From positions 7,871 through 71,870 of the forward strand of contig JBBIMO010000002.1 in NCBI GenBank assembly GCA_037444365.1: a stretch of DNA of 64,000 bases, in the 5' to 3' direction. Within the stretch, counting starts at the first letter, position 1, and the number at the start of each line of letters is the position of its first letter. The notes beneath the pieces were generated by a model. That model searched no databases and was not told the DNA's origin. It worked only from the letters and a program-made list of their open reading frames with translations. The position numbers and the translations under genes are program-made. Origin of the DNA: Chloroflexota bacterium (GTDB lineage: Bacteria > Chloroflexota > Dehalococcoidia > GIF9 > AB-539-J10). Of this stretch, positions 39,548-49,299 are shown one piece after another.

Positions 39548-40438
39548 CTAGGCAGCAAGTCCTGCGGCTTTCAAGATGGCGGGAACCACTTCCTCCCTGC
39601 CTATAGCCATGACATGGACTCCGTGGCACATTGAGTCTTTTTTTATGGTGGCAATCATCCTGCCAGCGATCTCTATACCCTTATTGATTGCCTCGCCTTT
39701 GGGGGCAGCCGCCAATTCGTCGATCAGGTTTTGGGGCACAATGACGCCCGGGACATTGTCCGTCATATACTTGGCCATCTTGGCTGACACAAGCAAAATG
39801 ATGCCAGCCAGTATCTTCACCGGGAATTGACGGGCATATTCCATAAACCTGGCGAATCTGTCCAGGTCATAGATGGCTTGAGTCTGAAAGAATTCGGCAC
39901 CGGCTTCAACCTTCTTTTCAAACTTCATTAACTGAGGCTCAATTGGGTTTGCTTCAGGTGTGACTATGGCTCCGGCGCAGAACTCCACGGTCCCATTGAG
40001 CGCATTCCCTCCCAGGTCTTTGCCCGATTCCATCTGCCGGATTGCCTTCAGTAACTGTGTTGAGTCCAGGTCGAAAACACCCTTAGCCCCCTTGTGGTCG
40101 CCGACTACAACAGCATCTCCGGTTAGACAGAGAACATTTCTGATGCCTCTGGTATATGCGAAGAGAAGCTCGGCTTGAAGGGCAAGGCGATTACGGTCCC
40201 GGCAAGTTATCTGTAAGATGGGCTCTCCACCCCGCTCCTTGATGTCCAGGCAGCCACCAATGGAGGGAAAGCGCATGACGGAACTCTGGTGGTCAGTAAC
40301 ATTCAGCGCGTCGACCTTGTCCTTGAGAAGGTCAATATGGTGGAGCATCTTCTCAATGTTTGTCCCCTTGGGAGGACCGATTTCGCTGGTTATCACAAAT
40401 TTGCCAGATTTGAGGACTTCCCTAAAACTCGGTGCCAT
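39548..40438 (-). CDS. metF: Methylenetetrahydrofolate reductase, acetogen/anaerobe MetF type (no C-terminal regulatory domain).
   Basis: It is about 296 aa with a TIM-barrel MTHFR sequence (VITSEIGPPKG...ITCRDRNR...LCLTGD). Confidence 0.85.
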   Translation of the reverse strand: MAPSFREVLKSGKFVITSEIGPPKGTNIEKMLHHIDLLKDKVDALNVTDHQSSVMRFPSIGGCLDIKERGGEPILQITCRDRNRLALQAELLFAYTRGIRNVLCLTGDAVVVGDHKGAKGVFDLDSTQLLKAIRQMESGKDLGGNALNGTVEFCAGAIVTPEANPIEPQLMKFEKKVEAGAEFFQTQAIYDLDRFARFMEYARQFPVKILAGIILLVSAKMAKYMTDNVPGVIVPQNLIDELAAAPKGEAINKGIEIAGRMIATIKKDSMCHGVHVMAIGREEVVPAILKAAGLAA

Positions 40439-40448
40439 AGCTCCTCCT

Positions 40449-41093
40449 TCATGTGATCCTGATCGTTCGCGGCCTGGGTGCCACGCTGTAATCTCTTGGA
40501 GAATGATGCTTGCGCATCAACTCAAGTCGTCCCTGTTCTTTTAGGCGCTGATATATGACAGCCCAGGCACAGTCCTTTGCCTTGTCCACCTCGCACTTGC
40601 CGTTATTGGTGCCTCCACACGGACCGTTCAGCAAACCCTTGTGACATGCCGTCAGAGGACAAATGCCCGCAGTCTCTCCCAGGATGCATTGACCACACTG
40701 GGCACAGACTTCCTGGAAACAGCCGGGGCCGACCTCGACACCCATGAAGAGAGTATCCAATGCGGGAATGGCTGGCTTGTCAACATAGGTGCCCAGCTTA
40801 TGCACGCCTAGAGCACAGGCCATGACCAGGATACAGGCGGCATTCTGGATGGCTCCATTATTCTCCTTAATAGCTACTGCGGTCATCTCATCGCAGGCGG
40901 TGGGGATGACTATCCAGCCGGTGACCAGCTTGCCCAGCTCTTGTAGGCGCTTCCCCATCTCCAGGACCTCCTCTTTCCCGCCAGTCCTGGTCATTGTGGA
41001 GCATGTGCCGCAACCGGCAACATACACCCGGTCAAACCCCTCTAGCTGTTGCTTGATTTCCTCAAAAGGCTTCTGTTTGGTGATAGATTTCAT
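40449..41093 (-). CDS. metV: MetV, the Cys-rich zinc-ribbon partner subunit of MetF-type methylene-THF reductase.
   Basis: It is about 214 aa with AGCGTCST...CAQCGQC...CPLTACHKGLLNGPCGG cysteine clusters. It lies immediately upstream of metF, as in acetogen metVF operons. Confidence 0.75.
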   Translation of the reverse strand: MKSITKQKPFEEIKQQLEGFDRVYVAGCGTCSTMTRTGGKEEVLEMGKRLQELGKLVTGWIVIPTACDEMTAVAIKENNGAIQNAACILVMACALGVHKLGTYVDKPAIPALDTLFMGVEVGPGCFQEVCAQCGQCILGETAGICPLTACHKGLLNGPCGGTNNGKCEVDKAKDCAWAVIYQRLKEQGRLELMRKHHSPRDYSVAPRPRTIRIT

Positions 41094-41232
41094 GTGTAAC
41101 CTCCGTATGAACTAAATCCCAAGCTCCAAATCCTAGATAAACCCAAATATCCAAATTGGAAGTCCGAGACGTGGCATCTTGGTCATTGGGATTCTGCACT
41201 TTGATATTGTCTGGCATTTAGTGCTTGGTGCT

Positions 41233-44200
41233 TCATTTCTCTAGGTCGCACCTTAAGCATCGCTTAGCCTCCTGTCTCGCCTTCTCTTCAGAGAAGCTCA
41301 GCTCTATCTCCTTGAAGCTACCTTTCCTCTCCTGGAGAGGGAGATGAGGTGTTTCTGGCCTGAGTTGTGGTTCCCAGGTTTCCTCTGCCGAGGCTGCTTC
41401 CTCGCCAACGTTCCTCGCAGTGACAGGGGACATAACGCTGGGCTTCAGGTCATACATCTCGACCCGTGAGGTATCTCCACGGAGATACTTGTCAATGGCA
41501 ATGGCTCCTCTCCGGCCAGCCGCAATAGCTTCTATAACCATACCCGGCCCGGAGACGAAGTCTCCCCCGGCAAAGATCCCGGGAACATTGGTGACCAATC
41601 TGTTTTCATCAACTGCCAGCCTTTCCCACCGGGTGCGCTCAAGAGCACTACCCGGGGGCAGGAAGGAAAGGTCCGGAGCCTGTCCCACAGCTGCAATGAC
41701 AGTTTCCGCCGGAGCAAGGAACTCCGAGCCCGAAATTGGGATTGGCCTACGGCGCCCGCCGGCGTCGGCCTCACCCAGCTTCATGCGGACACACTGTAAG
41801 CCGGTCACTTTCCAGTCGTTGCTTACTATGCGGGTGGGACTAACAAGAAAACTGACCTGAACGCCTTCAGCCAGAGTCTCATCATACTCCACCTCAGTTA
41901 CCGGCATCTCCTCACGTGACCGGCGGTAGAAGATGCTGACCTCATCAGCACCAAGGCGAAGAGCGGTGCGAGCCGAGTCCAGGGCTACGTTGCCACCCCC
42001 AATAACAGCTACCTTGCGCCCAACCTTGACAGGCTTGCCAATCTTCACATCTCTCAGAAACCTCAGGCCATAGTAGAAGCCTTCGACGTCCTCCAGTTCC
42101 CCGGGTATACCAATGTTCTGGCTTCTTTGTGCCCCGGCGGCAATGAACACAGCTTGAAAACCACTGTTTCTGATATCGTCCACGGTAAAATTCACATTGA
42201 TTGGTGTGTTGTATCTTATCTCCACGCCGCGCTTAGCGACATGATCTATCTCCTTATCGATGACATCCCGCGGCAAGCGGAAGTCGGGTATAGCTACGGA
42301 AAGCATGCCACCACCTATGGGGAGGGCTTCGAAGACAGTGACAGGATAGCCCATTTGAGCCAGAAAGTACGCGCAGGACAGCCCGGTAGGTCCCGCTCCC
42401 ACCACTGCAACTTTCTGGTTGTGAGTCCGTGGAAATGGTTCTGGTTCAGGTGATTCCCTAACGTGGTCAAAATACCAGTCGGCGGCAAATCGCTTAAGCG
42501 CCCTGATTGCTACGGATTCATCGAGTTCCCCGCGGCGACATCTCCCCTCGCAGGGGTGATGACAGATGCGGCCGCAAATGGCAGGGAAGGGATTACGCTC
42601 CCTGATCGTATCGATGGCCTCCAGGTACTCACCTGCTGAAATGTGAGCGATGTACTTGGGGACGTTTATTCCCACCGGGCAGGTATGCTGGCACGGTGAT
42701 ATCATGAGGGCATCGCACACAGCAGCCGGGCATTTCTTCTCCTTGATATGAGTCTCATATTCATCTCTGAAATAGGCAAGGGTGGTGAGCACGGGGTTGG
42801 GGCAAGTCTGTCCCAGACCACAGAGTGAGCACTCCTTAACCGTCTTGGCTATGGTAAGCAGGGTATCCATGTCCTGTTCACGCCCTTTGCCCTGAGTGAT
42901 TCTGGTCAGTATTTCCAGCATTTGTTTGGTTCCCAGGCGGCAAGGGACACACTTTCCACAGGACTCCGCTTGAGTGAAGCTCAAAAAATACTTGGCCACG
43001 TCCACCATACAGGTTGTCTCGTCCAGCACGACCATGCCACCGGAACCCATGATGGAGCCCAATTGAGCCAGCGTTTCATATTCCACCGGCGAGTCGAGAA
43101 ATCGGGCAGGGATGCAACCACCTGAAGGCCCACCCGTCTGCACCGCCTTGAATCGCTTGCCTCGTGGAATGCCGCCACCGATATCAAATATGATGGCAGA
43201 TAGGGAAGTGCCCATAGGCACCTCCACCAATCCGCTGTTGGCAATCTTCCCGGTGAGGGCGAACACCGCCGTCCCCTTGCTCTTTTCGGTGCCAATGCTG
43301 CTAAACCAATCAGCCCCGCGGTCAATGATTATGGGGATGGAAGCCAGGCTCTTTACATTGTTAATGGTGGTAGGCTGTCCATTCAGGCCTGATTGGGCGG
43401 GAAATGGGGGGCGGGGACGAGGCATGCCCCGTCGGCTCTCAATAGAAGCCATCAAGGCTGTTTCCTCGCCACAAACAAAGGCCCCCGCACCTTCCTTGAC
43501 GTGAACCACAAAATCGAAGCCTGAGCCAAGGATATTCTCTCCCAGGAAAGACATCTGTCGGGCTTGCTCTAAGGCAGTGCGAACCCGTCTTACTGCTAAG
43601 GGATACTCGGCGCGGACATAGATGTAGCCCTCGTTGGCACCTATGGCATATCCAGCAATTGTCAGTCCTTCAACAACAGCGTGGGGATCAGCTTCCAATA
43701 TGGAGCGGTCCATGAAAGCCCCCGGGTCGCCTTCATCCGCATTACAGATAACATATTTCCTTTCCCCATGAGCCCTGCGGCAAAACTCCCACTTGAGGGC
43801 AGTGGGAAAACCGGCACCACCCCGCCCGCGGAGACCAGACTTCCTCACCTCCTCAATGACCTGCTCGGGAGTCATCAACAGAGTCTTTTTCAGTGCCCGA
43901 TAACCTCCACGAGCAATATAATGCGAGATTTTCTCCGGGTTGATTTGTCCGCAGTTACGCAGGATGACACGTTGCTGTTTCCTGTAGAAGTTTATCTCTG
44001 AATAACGCGGTACGGCTTCGCCAGTTACAGGGTCATGGTAGAAAAGGCGCTCCACGGGTTTGCCATCTCGAAGATGAGAGGTGGCGATTTGCTGAGCATC
44101 CTCGGGCTGCACATGGGTATAGAAAACGCCTTCGGGTTCAACCACTACATTGGGACCCTGCTCACAGAAACCATGGCAACCGGTGAAATCCACCTCGGCA

Positions 44201-44325
44201 TGGCTAATCCTATGTTGTCTTATTGCTTCCCTGATCGCCTCATAGACGGCATCGGAGCCGGTGGAAACACATCCCGTTCCCTGACAGACAAAGACAGTAT
44301 GATGGTCTTTCATTCTATCTTTCAC
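41233..44325 (-). CDS. Fusion protein with three parts: an N-terminal thioredoxin-like [2Fe-2S] domain, a NuoF/HydB-like NAD(P)H-FMN-[4Fe-4S] domain, and a C-terminal GltD/NfnB-like NAD(P)H:FAD oxidoreductase domain.
   Basis: It has GLRGRGGAGFPTALKWEF (the NuoF FMN site). It has a C-terminal Fe-S pair CPVGINVPKYI...CGRICHHPCEGRC followed by VAVVGAGPTGLSCAYFLAQ (FAD) and VAVIGGGNVALDSA (NAD(P)) Rossmann motifs. Confidence 0.8.
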   Translation of the reverse strand: MKDRMKDHHTVFVCQGTGCVSTGSDAVYEAIREAIRQHRISHAEVDFTGCHGFCEQGPNVVVEPEGVFYTHVQPEDAQQIATSHLRDGKPVERLFYHDPVTGEAVPRYSEINFYRKQQRVILRNCGQINPEKISHYIARGGYRALKKTLLMTPEQVIEEVRKSGLRGRGGAGFPTALKWEFCRRAHGERKYVICNADEGDPGAFMDRSILEADPHAVVEGLTIAGYAIGANEGYIYVRAEYPLAVRRVRTALEQARQMSFLGENILGSGFDFVVHVKEGAGAFVCGEETALMASIESRRGMPRPRPPFPAQSGLNGQPTTINNVKSLASIPIIIDRGADWFSSIGTEKSKGTAVFALTGKIANSGLVEVPMGTSLSAIIFDIGGGIPRGKRFKAVQTGGPSGGCIPARFLDSPVEYETLAQLGSIMGSGGMVVLDETTCMVDVAKYFLSFTQAESCGKCVPCRLGTKQMLEILTRITQGKGREQDMDTLLTIAKTVKECSLCGLGQTCPNPVLTTLAYFRDEYETHIKEKKCPAAVCDALMISPCQHTCPVGINVPKYIAHISAGEYLEAIDTIRERNPFPAICGRICHHPCEGRCRRGELDESVAIRALKRFAADWYFDHVRESPEPEPFPRTHNQKVAVVGAGPTGLSCAYFLAQMGYPVTVFEALPIGGGMLSVAIPDFRLPRDVIDKEIDHVAKRGVEIRYNTPINVNFTVDDIRNSGFQAVFIAAGAQRSQNIGIPGELEDVEGFYYGLRFLRDVKIGKPVKVGRKVAVIGGGNVALDSARTALRLGADEVSIFYRRSREEMPVTEVEYDETLAEGVQVSFLVSPTRIVSNDWKVTGLQCVRMKLGEADAGGRRRPIPISGSEFLAPAETVIAAVGQAPDLSFLPPGSALERTRWERLAVDENRLVTNVPGIFAGGDFVSGPGMVIEAIAAGRRGAIAIDKYLRGDTSRVEMYDLKPSVMSPVTARNVGEEAASAEETWEPQLRPETPHLPLQERKGSFKEIELSFSEEKARQEAKRCLRCDLEK

Positions 44326-44803
44326 CCTCCCGCTTCCTGAATAGTTGCTCCACCTTCTTAGGGTTCATGTGACCATGGACGTGGTCACTGACGACTATAT
44401 TGGGGGCTAGGGCACAAACGCCGATGCAGGCCACAGTTTCCAATGTGTATTCCCAATCAGGGCTGGTCTCCCCCTCTTCTATGCCCAGGTGTTGCTTAAC
44501 CAATTTCAATATCGTCTTTCCCCCCCGCACATGGCAGGCAGTTCCCCGACACACTCTGACAACCTTTCTGCCGCGTGGCTGCGTATAAAGCTGAGTGTAA
44601 AAGCTAATCACTCCCTGCACCTGGCTGGGGAAAAGCCCCAGGCTTTGGGCGATGAGTGGTATAGACTGAGGCGGTATGTAGCCGAACTTGCCCTGGATCT
44701 CCTGCAGCAGCGGTATGAGAGCCCACTTTCGCTGACTATGCTCAGCAACAAGGGCTCTTATTCGTTCCATGTCGATCTCTCTAGCTATTTCTGCTCCATC
44801 CAT
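44315..44803 (-). CDS. NuoE-like [2Fe-2S] thioredoxin-fold subunit (24-kDa subunit family).
   Basis: It has CRGTACHVRG...ACIGVCALAPNIVV (the NuoE Cys4 pattern). I chose the start at the Met with an AAGGAG RBS (the track ORF starts at a GTG at 44884). Confidence 0.8.
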   Translation of the reverse strand: MDGAEIAREIDMERIRALVAEHSQRKWALIPLLQEIQGKFGYIPPQSIPLIAQSLGLFPSQVQGVISFYTQLYTQPRGRKVVRVCRGTACHVRGGKTILKLVKQHLGIEEGETSPDWEYTLETVACIGVCALAPNIVVSDHVHGHMNPKKVEQLFRKREGER

Positions 44804-44847
44804 CTCCGCTGACTCCTTCGCTTCATTGTGAACAAAGCTCATCTCCT

Positions 44848-47565
44848 TCAGGCGGTAGGGAGCTTCTCTATCCTCACGCTGCACGCTTTCAGTGACGGTG
44901 CTTTTGTGTGACGATCTAGGATAATGTCAAATAGCGCATTGACCGGAGTTTCTGGGAATGAAATCGGCATGAAGAGCATGCCTTCGGGCAGTGTATTGGT
45001 GATCCTGACCCTCGCCATCACCTTGCCTACAGGTGACGTTACGTTGACCATCTCGCTGTTGGTGATGGCAAGCTCTCTGGCATCCGGCTCACAAATCTCC
45101 ACAAAAGCCTGGGGGCAGAATTTCCTTAACCGTGCAGACCGGGAGCTTCTGGAGCCCGTGCCGAAATGATTCAATATCGTCCCGGCGATCAAGGTGAAGG
45201 GATAGCCTCTCTTTCCCTCGGCAGGTGGAACATACTCAACCGGACAGAAGCGGGAAAAGCCCGCCGGGAACTGGCCGCCATGTATGCGACCGACTCCTCG
45301 GTGGCCACTCGGGTCAGCCCCATACAGGCTCTTTGCTTCTGACTCAATATAACCATTCTCTTCATATGAACTGTAGGCTGGTAGCTGAGAGCAGCTGATT
45401 ATCTCGTCCATAACTTGCTGGGGAGAGGAATATGGCATTGGAGTCCCCATCTTGTCGGCGAGTCGCAGGATAATCTTCCAATCTGGCAGGCTGTCGCCCA
45501 TAGGGGGGATTGCCGGCTGCACCTTTTGGATACTTCCTTCGAAGTTAGTGAATGTCCCCTCCTTTTCAGCGAAGCTTGCGGCTGGCAGGACTACGTGAGC
45601 CAATTTGGCCGTCTCGGTGAGGAACATATCCTGGACCACGAGGAAATCAACGGAAGCTAGAACCCCTTGAATGAAATTCGACTTTGGAAAGCTCAAGACA
45701 GGGTTTTCTCCCACGATATACACAGCTTTGATCTTTTGTTTCTCTATCTGTTCCATGATCTCCAGAGCCGTCAGCCCGGCTTCAGCCGGCAGACTCACTT
45801 TCCAACGTTCCTCGAACTTTTTCCTGGCTTGGGCATCCACCACGCTCTGATATCCAGGCAGGAATCCGGGCAATGTTCCCATGTCGCAGGCACCTTGCGC
45901 GTTGTTTTCTCTTTGCAGGGCATAGATGCCGCCTCCTCTGCGCCAGATGTTTCCCGTCAGCAACGCCAAATTTGCCAGAGCTTTCACTCCGTCTGTTCCT
46001 GTAATGTGCTGTGTGACTCCTGTGCCATAGACGATTGCTGCCTGGTTAGCCTTGGCGTACAGTCGAGCGGCGTCACGAATTGCCTCGCCCGGAACACCGG
46101 TGACCTTCTCGACGTACTTCAGGCTGTACCTTTTCAGGCTTCTGTCAAAGGCGTCGAAATTGTCTGTCCTTCTGGTGACGAATTCCTCGTCCAGCAGACT
46201 TTCGTCAATAATCACCTTGGCTAAGCCATTTATCAGAGCCAGATCAGTGCCAACTTTGGGTCTTAACCAGAGATGGGCAAACAAGGAGAGCTTTGTCTGC
46301 CGGGGGTCTATCAGCAATAATTTGACGCCATGCTGTTTGACAGCACGCTTTATGGCGTAGCCGATGGCGGGGGCTGAGGCATCAGGATCAGCCCCAATGA
46401 CTAACAGGAGCTCCGATTGCTCTAGATCCCTGAGACAATCTGTTGTGCCCAAAGAACCCAGCGATGACGCTAAACTGATACGACTGGCACAGTTGTACGA
46501 GCGACTGCCATTATCAATATTGTTGGTGCCCAGGACAGCTCTGGCGAATCTCTGCAAGAGGTAGTTCTCTTCGTTAGTGCACTTGGAAGAGCCTAAGATG
46601 GCCAGGCTGTCGGCGCCATATTCATCTTTCATCCGCCGGAATTGTGTAGCTACCAGTTGCAGGGCTTCATCCCACGATGATTCCTCGAAACCACCCATGT
46701 TCCTGACCAGAGGTTTGAGTAACCTATCCGGGCTATGGACAAAATCACAGCCATAGCTTCCCCTCACGCAAAGCGTACTTCTATATACCGAGCCTTGCTT
46801 GCCTGGCGTGGCTCGCACTACACGTCCATTCCTAGCTTCCAGGTAGATACTGCAGCCGCAACCACAGAAGGGACAGGTTGTCCGCGCAACACTCTGGGTT
46901 GTCCCTCCAAAGATTCTCTCCTTTTCTGTCAATGCGCCTGTAGGGCAGAGTGCCACGCAAGTTCCACAAAAGGTGCACTCGGAGTTTTCCAGCGGCAGGT
47001 TGCCCAGCGTCGCCGGTATGGTCGCAAATCCCCGTTGAAAGTAATCAATAGCGCCTTCAACAACCAGATCCTGACAGGCCCGAATACATTTGGCGCACAG
47101 TATACACTTGCTCAAATCCCGCTCGAGGAAGGGGTTGACTTCCTCAATGCTGGCCATGTGTGGAATCCTTTGTAGATTCACCAGGCCGATGCTCAGGTCG
47201 GCAGCAATCTGTCGTAGCTGACACCGATTACCTTTATCGCATACCAGGCAAGAATCAGGATGGCTGGCGAGCATCAACTCGACTACGGTTTTGCGGCGCT
47301 CTATGACTCTGGGGGAATGTGTGTTGATTACCATTCCCGGCGCTATCGGGGCGACACAGGATGCTAGTAGAGCCCCATTCTGTTCATTCTCTACCAGACA
47401 GACGCGGCAGGCCCCGACTGATGCGAGCTGAGGGTCATGACAGAGAGCGGGAATGTTTATGCCGGATTCCTTTGCCAGTTCCAGAATGGTCATCCCGGGA
47501 TAGCCACTCACCTCACGCCCATCGAGAGTAATGGTTATCGCCTGCAAACCAATATCCTCCTTCAC
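44848..47565 (-). CDS. FdhF/NuoG-like molybdopterin oxidoreductase. It has an N-terminal 2Fe-2S domain, a His-Cys3 4Fe-4S site and 2x[4Fe-4S] domains. It is the 'formate dehydrogenase alpha'-like subunit, but the canonical Sec/Cys-His active-site motif is absent.
   Basis: It is strongly FdhF-like (NEENYLLQRFARAVLGTNNID...NNAQGACDMGTLPGF). At the position of FdhF 'RV-U-HGPS' it reads 'RSYNCAS'. There is no in-frame TGA. Confidence 0.75.
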   Translation of the reverse strand: MKEDIGLQAITITLDGREVSGYPGMTILELAKESGINIPALCHDPQLASVGACRVCLVENEQNGALLASCVAPIAPGMVINTHSPRVIERRKTVVELMLASHPDSCLVCDKGNRCQLRQIAADLSIGLVNLQRIPHMASIEEVNPFLERDLSKCILCAKCIRACQDLVVEGAIDYFQRGFATIPATLGNLPLENSECTFCGTCVALCPTGALTEKERIFGGTTQSVARTTCPFCGCGCSIYLEARNGRVVRATPGKQGSVYRSTLCVRGSYGCDFVHSPDRLLKPLVRNMGGFEESSWDEALQLVATQFRRMKDEYGADSLAILGSSKCTNEENYLLQRFARAVLGTNNIDNGSRSYNCASRISLASSLGSLGTTDCLRDLEQSELLLVIGADPDASAPAIGYAIKRAVKQHGVKLLLIDPRQTKLSLFAHLWLRPKVGTDLALINGLAKVIIDESLLDEEFVTRRTDNFDAFDRSLKRYSLKYVEKVTGVPGEAIRDAARLYAKANQAAIVYGTGVTQHITGTDGVKALANLALLTGNIWRRGGGIYALQRENNAQGACDMGTLPGFLPGYQSVVDAQARKKFEERWKVSLPAEAGLTALEIMEQIEKQKIKAVYIVGENPVLSFPKSNFIQGVLASVDFLVVQDMFLTETAKLAHVVLPAASFAEKEGTFTNFEGSIQKVQPAIPPMGDSLPDWKIILRLADKMGTPMPYSSPQQVMDEIISCSQLPAYSSYEENGYIESEAKSLYGADPSGHRGVGRIHGGQFPAGFSRFCPVEYVPPAEGKRGYPFTLIAGTILNHFGTGSRSSRSARLRKFCPQAFVEICEPDARELAITNSEMVNVTSPVGKVMARVRITNTLPEGMLFMPISFPETPVNALFDIILDRHTKAPSLKACSVRIEKLPTA

Positions 47566-47598
47566 AACTCAGCAGATTGGGGTGGGCTTTCTGAGAGA

Positions 47599-48426
47599 TT
47601 ACTTGGTTCTGCCTAGGCCTTCCGGCCAGTTTGCAGACACGTAGGCAAAGGACGGCGGGAAATATCTTCCTTCGCCTACTGTCCTTATGCCGGTCAAGAG
47701 ATCAGAACTGGCAGCATTCTTGGCGATGAAGCCGTAAGCCCCAACCTGCTTGGCAACAAACATATTCTCCTCTTCGTCATATTGGGTTAGAATCAGAACT
47801 CTGGTGTCGGGGTATTCCGCGGTTATTCGTTTCGTTGCTTCAAGTCCGCTCATCACCGGCATGACTATGTCCATCACCGTTACATTCGGCCTAAGACGTT
47901 GCACCTTATCAATGGCGTCTCTCCCGTCAACTGCTTCACCCATTACTTCAATGTCTTTTTGCAGGCTCAGCAGGGCACGAATTCCTTCCCTGACTACAGA
48001 GTGGTCGTCTACCACCAGCACCTTGATTCTTCTAAGTGTCTTGTCCAGGAATTTCTCAGCCCAGGCTACTACCGAAGCTAACTCGACTGGCTTGATTAAG
48101 TATTGTTCAGCCTCGAGCTTCAAACCTTCATCCATACGCCAGCCCTTGAGCAGATGCTTTTCCGGCGGGGCGTCCACCACGATGAGGGGCACCTGTCTGA
48201 AGTCGGGGCTTTGTTTGAACCACTGGTGTAACTGGAAGGCATCGCCACGCGGCATTATAGTGCCCAAAATGATCAGGTCAGGTTTTTCCCGGCGCGCTAC
48301 CTCCTCCGCCTGTGATTTGTTGCCGGCAGCAAACACCCGCCAATTCTTTGCCACCAATTTGGCTTGCATGTCCGCGACAAAGTCGGGTTCATCATCTACT
48401 AGCAGAATTTTGGTACTTCTTTCCAT
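47599..48426 (-). CDS. Tandem receiver-domain (REC-REC) response regulator without an output domain.
   Basis: It has two CheY-like modules (ILLVDDEPDF...D...K and VLVVDDHSVVREG...MDIVMP...K). The second is NarL-like but has no HTH. Confidence 0.7.
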   Translation of the reverse strand: MERSTKILLVDDEPDFVADMQAKLVAKNWRVFAAGNKSQAEEVARREKPDLIILGTIMPRGDAFQLHQWFKQSPDFRQVPLIVVDAPPEKHLLKGWRMDEGLKLEAEQYLIKPVELASVVAWAEKFLDKTLRRIKVLVVDDHSVVREGIRALLSLQKDIEVMGEAVDGRDAIDKVQRLRPNVTVMDIVMPVMSGLEATKRITAEYPDTRVLILTQYDEEENMFVAKQVGAYGFIAKNAASSDLLTGIRTVGEGRYFPPSFAYVSANWPEGLGRTK

Positions 48427-48645
48427 CTTTCACCCCCTTGCCAACTGCTCGTCCTGGCAATCCGTTTGGCCTGCTGTCAACAGTATAGTGCTCGATTTGC
48501 TGAAGGACTAGAGGCATTCACCCCAGAAATCATGGAAATGTTACTGTAACTTTCCTGGGGTTGATTACCCATTTATGAGGATCGGGCTTGCCATCGGTCT
48601 GGTGGGGGGAGCAAACCGTGACAGCGACGCCGCCAGGCGATAATA

Positions 48646-49299
48646 TCAGACTGCGATAATGCCCTTCTTCAGGGCATATTTGAACAAGTCGAGGCGGTTG
48701 TGGATATCCAGTTTCGCCATCAAGTTAGTCTTGTGTCTTTCCACGGTCTTGGGACTGATGATCAGCATTTTGGCTATCTCGTGAGTAGAGTGGCCTTCCG
48801 CCAGGAGTTTCAGTATTTCCCTCTCCCGGTTGGTAAGTTGCTGGGACGTGTCCTGGCTTCTTCCTACTCTGGCCATCTGACGATAGTCTTCGACTAAGAG
48901 TCTGGCTATGGAAGGAGAGAGGAAGGAATCACCACGGTACACAGACCGGATCGCAGAGGTAAGTTCTGAGGAGGCTGCCATCTTGCTGATGAAACCACTG
49001 GCTCCAGCTTCGATTACGGGCAATACGTACTCTCTGTCTTCATATTGAGTCAGTACTATCACCTTTGTCTGCGGGGACTCCTTGTGTATGCGGCGGGTTG
49101 ATTCCAGTCCGTCCATAAGAGGCATAGCGATATCCATAAGCACCACGTCGGGCGCAAGCCTCTTGACCAGCTCCAGCGCCTCCCTGCCGTTGGTGGCTTC
49201 GCCCACTGCTTCTATATCGCCGGTAAGAGCCAGCAAGGCGCAGATACCATCACGCACAATGGCATGATCGTCAGTCACCAGCACTCTTATCTTTCCCAT
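48646..49299 (-). CDS. NarL/FixJ-family response regulator (REC + LuxR HTH).
   Basis: It has VLVTDDHAIVRDG...LTNREREILKLLAEGHSTHEIAKMLIISPKTVERH. Confidence 0.9.
   Translation of the reverse strand: MGKIRVLVTDDHAIVRDGICALLALTGDIEAVGEATNGREALELVKRLAPDVVLMDIAMPLMDGLESTRRIHKESPQTKVIVLTQYEDREYVLPVIEAGASGFISKMAASSELTSAIRSVYRGDSFLSPSIARLLVEDYRQMARVGRSQDTSQQLTNREREILKLLAEGHSTHEIAKMLIISPKTVERHKTNLMAKLDIHNRLDLFKYALKKGIIAV

Noticed and set aside
44848-47565. Selenocysteine (in-frame TGA plus SECIS) in the FdhF-like gene.
   Set aside because: The ORF is uninterrupted over 905 codons, so there is no in-frame TGA. It is a non-seleno protein.
47750-48511. A 253-aa plus-strand ORF.
   Set aside because: It is antisense to the tandem-REC regulator gene. 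It is Ser/Thr-rich and low-complexity.
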